A stretch of 64,000 nt of DNA from an uncultured Lentisphaeria bacterium (lineage in GTDB: Bacteria; Verrucomicrobiota; Lentisphaeria; Victivallales; UBA1829). The stretch is from NCBI GenBank assembly GCA_905197955.1, contig CAJKAR010000014.1, forward strand, positions 15,465 through 79,464. The letters are read 5' to 3'. The notes beneath the pieces are model-generated. The model searched no databases. It had not been told where the DNA came from and saw only the letters and a program-made list of their open reading frames with translations. Position numbers and translations under genes: made by a program. Of this stretch, positions 62,334 to 64,000 are shown piece after piece (the first letter of the stretch is position 1; every line of letters starts with the position of its first letter).

Positions 62334-63665
62334 ATGAACAGAAATCTTTTCCGGAAAAATGCAATGCTCAAAGCGGCATCGCCATTTGAGTTGAATCGTC
62401 AGCTTTCGATTTTCAACGGGCGCGAAGCGCTGGCACTTCTGGTGCTGGGAATCACGGTGATTGCTCTGCTGGCATGGGGAATTCTCGGCGTGATTTACGA
62501 ACGGGTCAGCGGAAGCGGCATTGTGATGCTGCAAAGTCAGTTCGATACAATTCAGGCGCCCGCCGGAGGAGTGCTGATCTCCTTTGACATTGAAACGGGA
62601 GATTTTGTCAAGCGCGGGCAGATGGTCGGACGGCTCTATTCGTTTGCCGATCTGGAAAATCTGAGGGAGAACTTTCAGAAATTGAAAATGCTCCAGAGCA
62701 ATCTGGAGGAGGTGCGCCGTCATACCGAAGGTCTCCAGAAAGGAAACCGGACCCATATCCGGAACATGACCGGAGTGCTGGATGAAACAGTCAAACGGCT
62801 CGACAAGGAACTGGAATGGCTCGGGGAGTTCGTGAAAAAGGGGAAAGCCCTTGCCGAACGCGGCGCAATCTCGCAGAAACAGTGGCACGAGTATCAGGAA
62901 CAGTATCATACCAAGCTCAAAAACCGTTCGGATTACCTGCTCAAAAAACTGGAGGAAAGCAATTCGTTTTCCGAGACGGAATTCACTCTTGCCAAAGAGG
63001 TTATGTCGATGGAGGCCGAAGTGAAGTCGGCTTTGTTCGAAGTCGAGCAGCTCCGCAACAAACTGGAATACAATACACGGATCGTGAGCACCCATTCCGG
63101 AACCGTGACCAGCGTTAACTATACGCCGGGCTCCATTGTGACGGCGGAAGCGACGCTCGCCAGCCTGATCGACCTCGATGACGAAACCGATGAAACCTGG
63201 GAACTTTATGCCTATTTTTCCGTTGCCGACAGTAAAAAGATCCGTCCCGGAATGAGCGCGATCATAACACCTTCCTCGGTCAAAGCCGAACGCGACGGTT
63301 CCATTCGCGGCACCGTCACCCATGTCGGCACTTACATCCTTCCGGTGGAATCCATTGACCGCACATTTCGCAATGCTGCGTTTGCCCAGTATCTGCTCAA
63401 GGAATGTGCGAATATGCCGGTCGAGGTCCGCATTCTGATGTCCCGGGATCGGAACTCCCCGAACGGTTTCCGCTGGACCTCCGGTTCTGGACCGGATATC
63501 AGAATCACTGCGGGAACTCTCTGTTCCGCCAGTGTGGTCGTGGAGAAGGATCCGCCGCTTGAATTGGTTTTTTCCGGACTGCGCAAATTCATGTTCGGCA
63601 GGGGCGTCATGGAAGAGTTCCAGTTGAAAAATGCCCGGACCGGCGCAGGAGGATCCGCCGAATGA
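62334..63665 (+). CDS. HlyD-family membrane-fusion / bacteriocin secretion adaptor protein
   Basis: 443 aa. It has an N-terminal TM (ALALLVLGITVIALLAWGILGVI), a lipoyl-like IQAPAGGVLISFDIETGDFVKRGQMVGRL, a long coiled-coil and a C-terminal beta-barrel. Confidence 0.8.
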   Translation: MNRNLFRKNAMLKAASPFELNRQLSIFNGREALALLVLGITVIALLAWGILGVIYERVSGSGIVMLQSQFDTIQAPAGGVLISFDIETGDFVKRGQMVGRLYSFADLENLRENFQKLKMLQSNLEEVRRHTEGLQKGNRTHIRNMTGVLDETVKRLDKELEWLGEFVKKGKALAERGAISQKQWHEYQEQYHTKLKNRSDYLLKKLEESNSFSETEFTLAKEVMSMEAEVKSALFEVEQLRNKLEYNTRIVSTHSGTVTSVNYTPGSIVTAEATLASLIDLDDETDETWELYAYFSVADSKKIRPGMSAIITPSSVKAERDGSIRGTVTHVGTYILPVESIDRTFRNAAFAQYLLKECANMPVEVRILMSRDRNSPNGFRWTSGSGPDIRITAGTLCSASVVVEKDPPLELVFSGLRKFMFGRGVMEEFQLKNARTGAGGSAE

Positions 63666-64000
63666 TCTTCCGGAAGAAGCGGGTTGACTGCCCGATGGTT
63701 CTGCAGATGGAGGCCGCTGAATGCGGCGCCGCTGCGCTGTCAATGGTGATGTCGTACCACGGAGTGATTGTTCCGCTGGAACGTCTCCGTGATGAATGCG
63801 GCGTTTCCCGCGACGGCAGCAAGGCGTCCAGTCTGCTCAAAGTCGCCCGCAGCTACCATTTCAAAGCGCAGGGGTATCGGGAGGAGGAACTCGATGCGCT
63901 GAATCATCACGCTCTGCCCATGATCCTGTTCTGGAATTTCAATCATTTTGTGGTTTACACGGGGCGCAAAGGCAGAAAGTTCTGCATCAATGATCCGGCG
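63662..64000 (+). CDS. Peptidase-C39-domain bacteriocin ABC exporter, 3'-partial (runs off window end)
   Basis: MIFRKKRVDCPMVLQMEAAECGAAALSMVMSYHG... contains the catalytic Q...C of C39, and ...NFNHFVVY contains the catalytic His. The ATG overlaps the HlyD stop (ATGA). The frame stays open to base 64000, and the ORF is not in the ORF track because it has no stop. Confidence 0.85.
   Translation, partial: MIFRKKRVDCPMVLQMEAAECGAAALSMVMSYHGVIVPLERLRDECGVSRDGSKASSLLKVARSYHFKAQGYREEELDALNHHALPMILFWNFNHFVVYTGRKGRKFCINDPA

Noticed and set aside
61845-63743. A 632-aa minus-strand ORF spanning the B12-rSAM/HlyD junction.
   Set aside because: It is antisense to two well-supported plus-strand genes and crosses their intergenic gap. 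Its translation is Arg/Gly/Phe-rich and featureless.
55323-64000. A lanthipeptide or thiazole/oxazole (YcaO) interpretation of the Cys-rich cores.
   Set aside because: No LanB/LanC/LanM/LanKC/LanL-like dehydratase-cyclase and no YcaO/cyclodehydratase is encoded in the visible part of the cluster. The cores also have few Ser/Thr: three, two and one. Genes beyond the window edge cannot be excluded.
1-64000. A search by eye for CRISPR arrays, tRNA/rRNA genes, transposases, integrases, phage genes and toxin-antitoxin pairs.
   Set aside because: I found no regularly spaced short repeats and no tRNA-like T-arm/acceptor patterns in intergenic regions. No DDE, tyrosine-recombinase or serine-recombinase motifs appear in any ORF. 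The only repeats are those reported (the 78-nt pair, the small palindromes and the paralogous pilin-like N-termini).

Overview
This is a 64-kb bacterial chromosomal window with dense coding on both strands. I recognised no rRNA, tRNA, CRISPR array, transposase or integrase. (1) 1-6120 holds a ribosomal-protein cluster, rplP(partial)-rpmC-rpsQ-rplN-rplX-rplE-rpsN-rpsH-rplF-rplR-rpsE-rplO-secY. It has no rpmD and ends at secY with a clear terminator. (2) 6.1-14 kb holds a duplicated 78-nt multi-hairpin intergenic element, a GH16 glycosidase, rpsO, a translationally coupled ilvB / BioF-like / CE4-deacetylase trio and a DsbD-like protein. (3) 14-54.8 kb is an accessory carbohydrate-utilisation landscape of the kind seen in PVC-superphylum genomes (Lentisphaerota/Victivallales-like; this is a guess from gene content). 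It has five paralogous prepilin-type 'H-X9-DG' proteins, each abutting a very large secreted glycosidase-like protein or an ABC importer, with a sugar-type regulator (GntR/PBP, AraC, LacI) in the same or adjacent position. It also has a block of twin-arginine-signal redox proteins and an SBP-permease fusion. Several near-consensus sigma70 promoters, a LacI-type operator and intrinsic terminators are readable. (4) 55.3 kb to the window edge is the locus of highest interest, an operon-like RiPP biosynthetic cluster. It encodes three tandem nitrile-hydratase-like leader peptide (NHLP) precursors with CX4CX4C cores, a radical SAM/SPASM enzyme, a tandem GNAT and a fourth NHLP precursor with a Cys-free Val/Ile/Gly/Thr (proteusin-like) core. 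These are followed by a second radical SAM protein, a cobalamin-type radical SAM enzyme, an HlyD adaptor and a C39-peptidase ABC exporter that is truncated by the window end. All function calls rest on motif recognition by eye; no database search was run.
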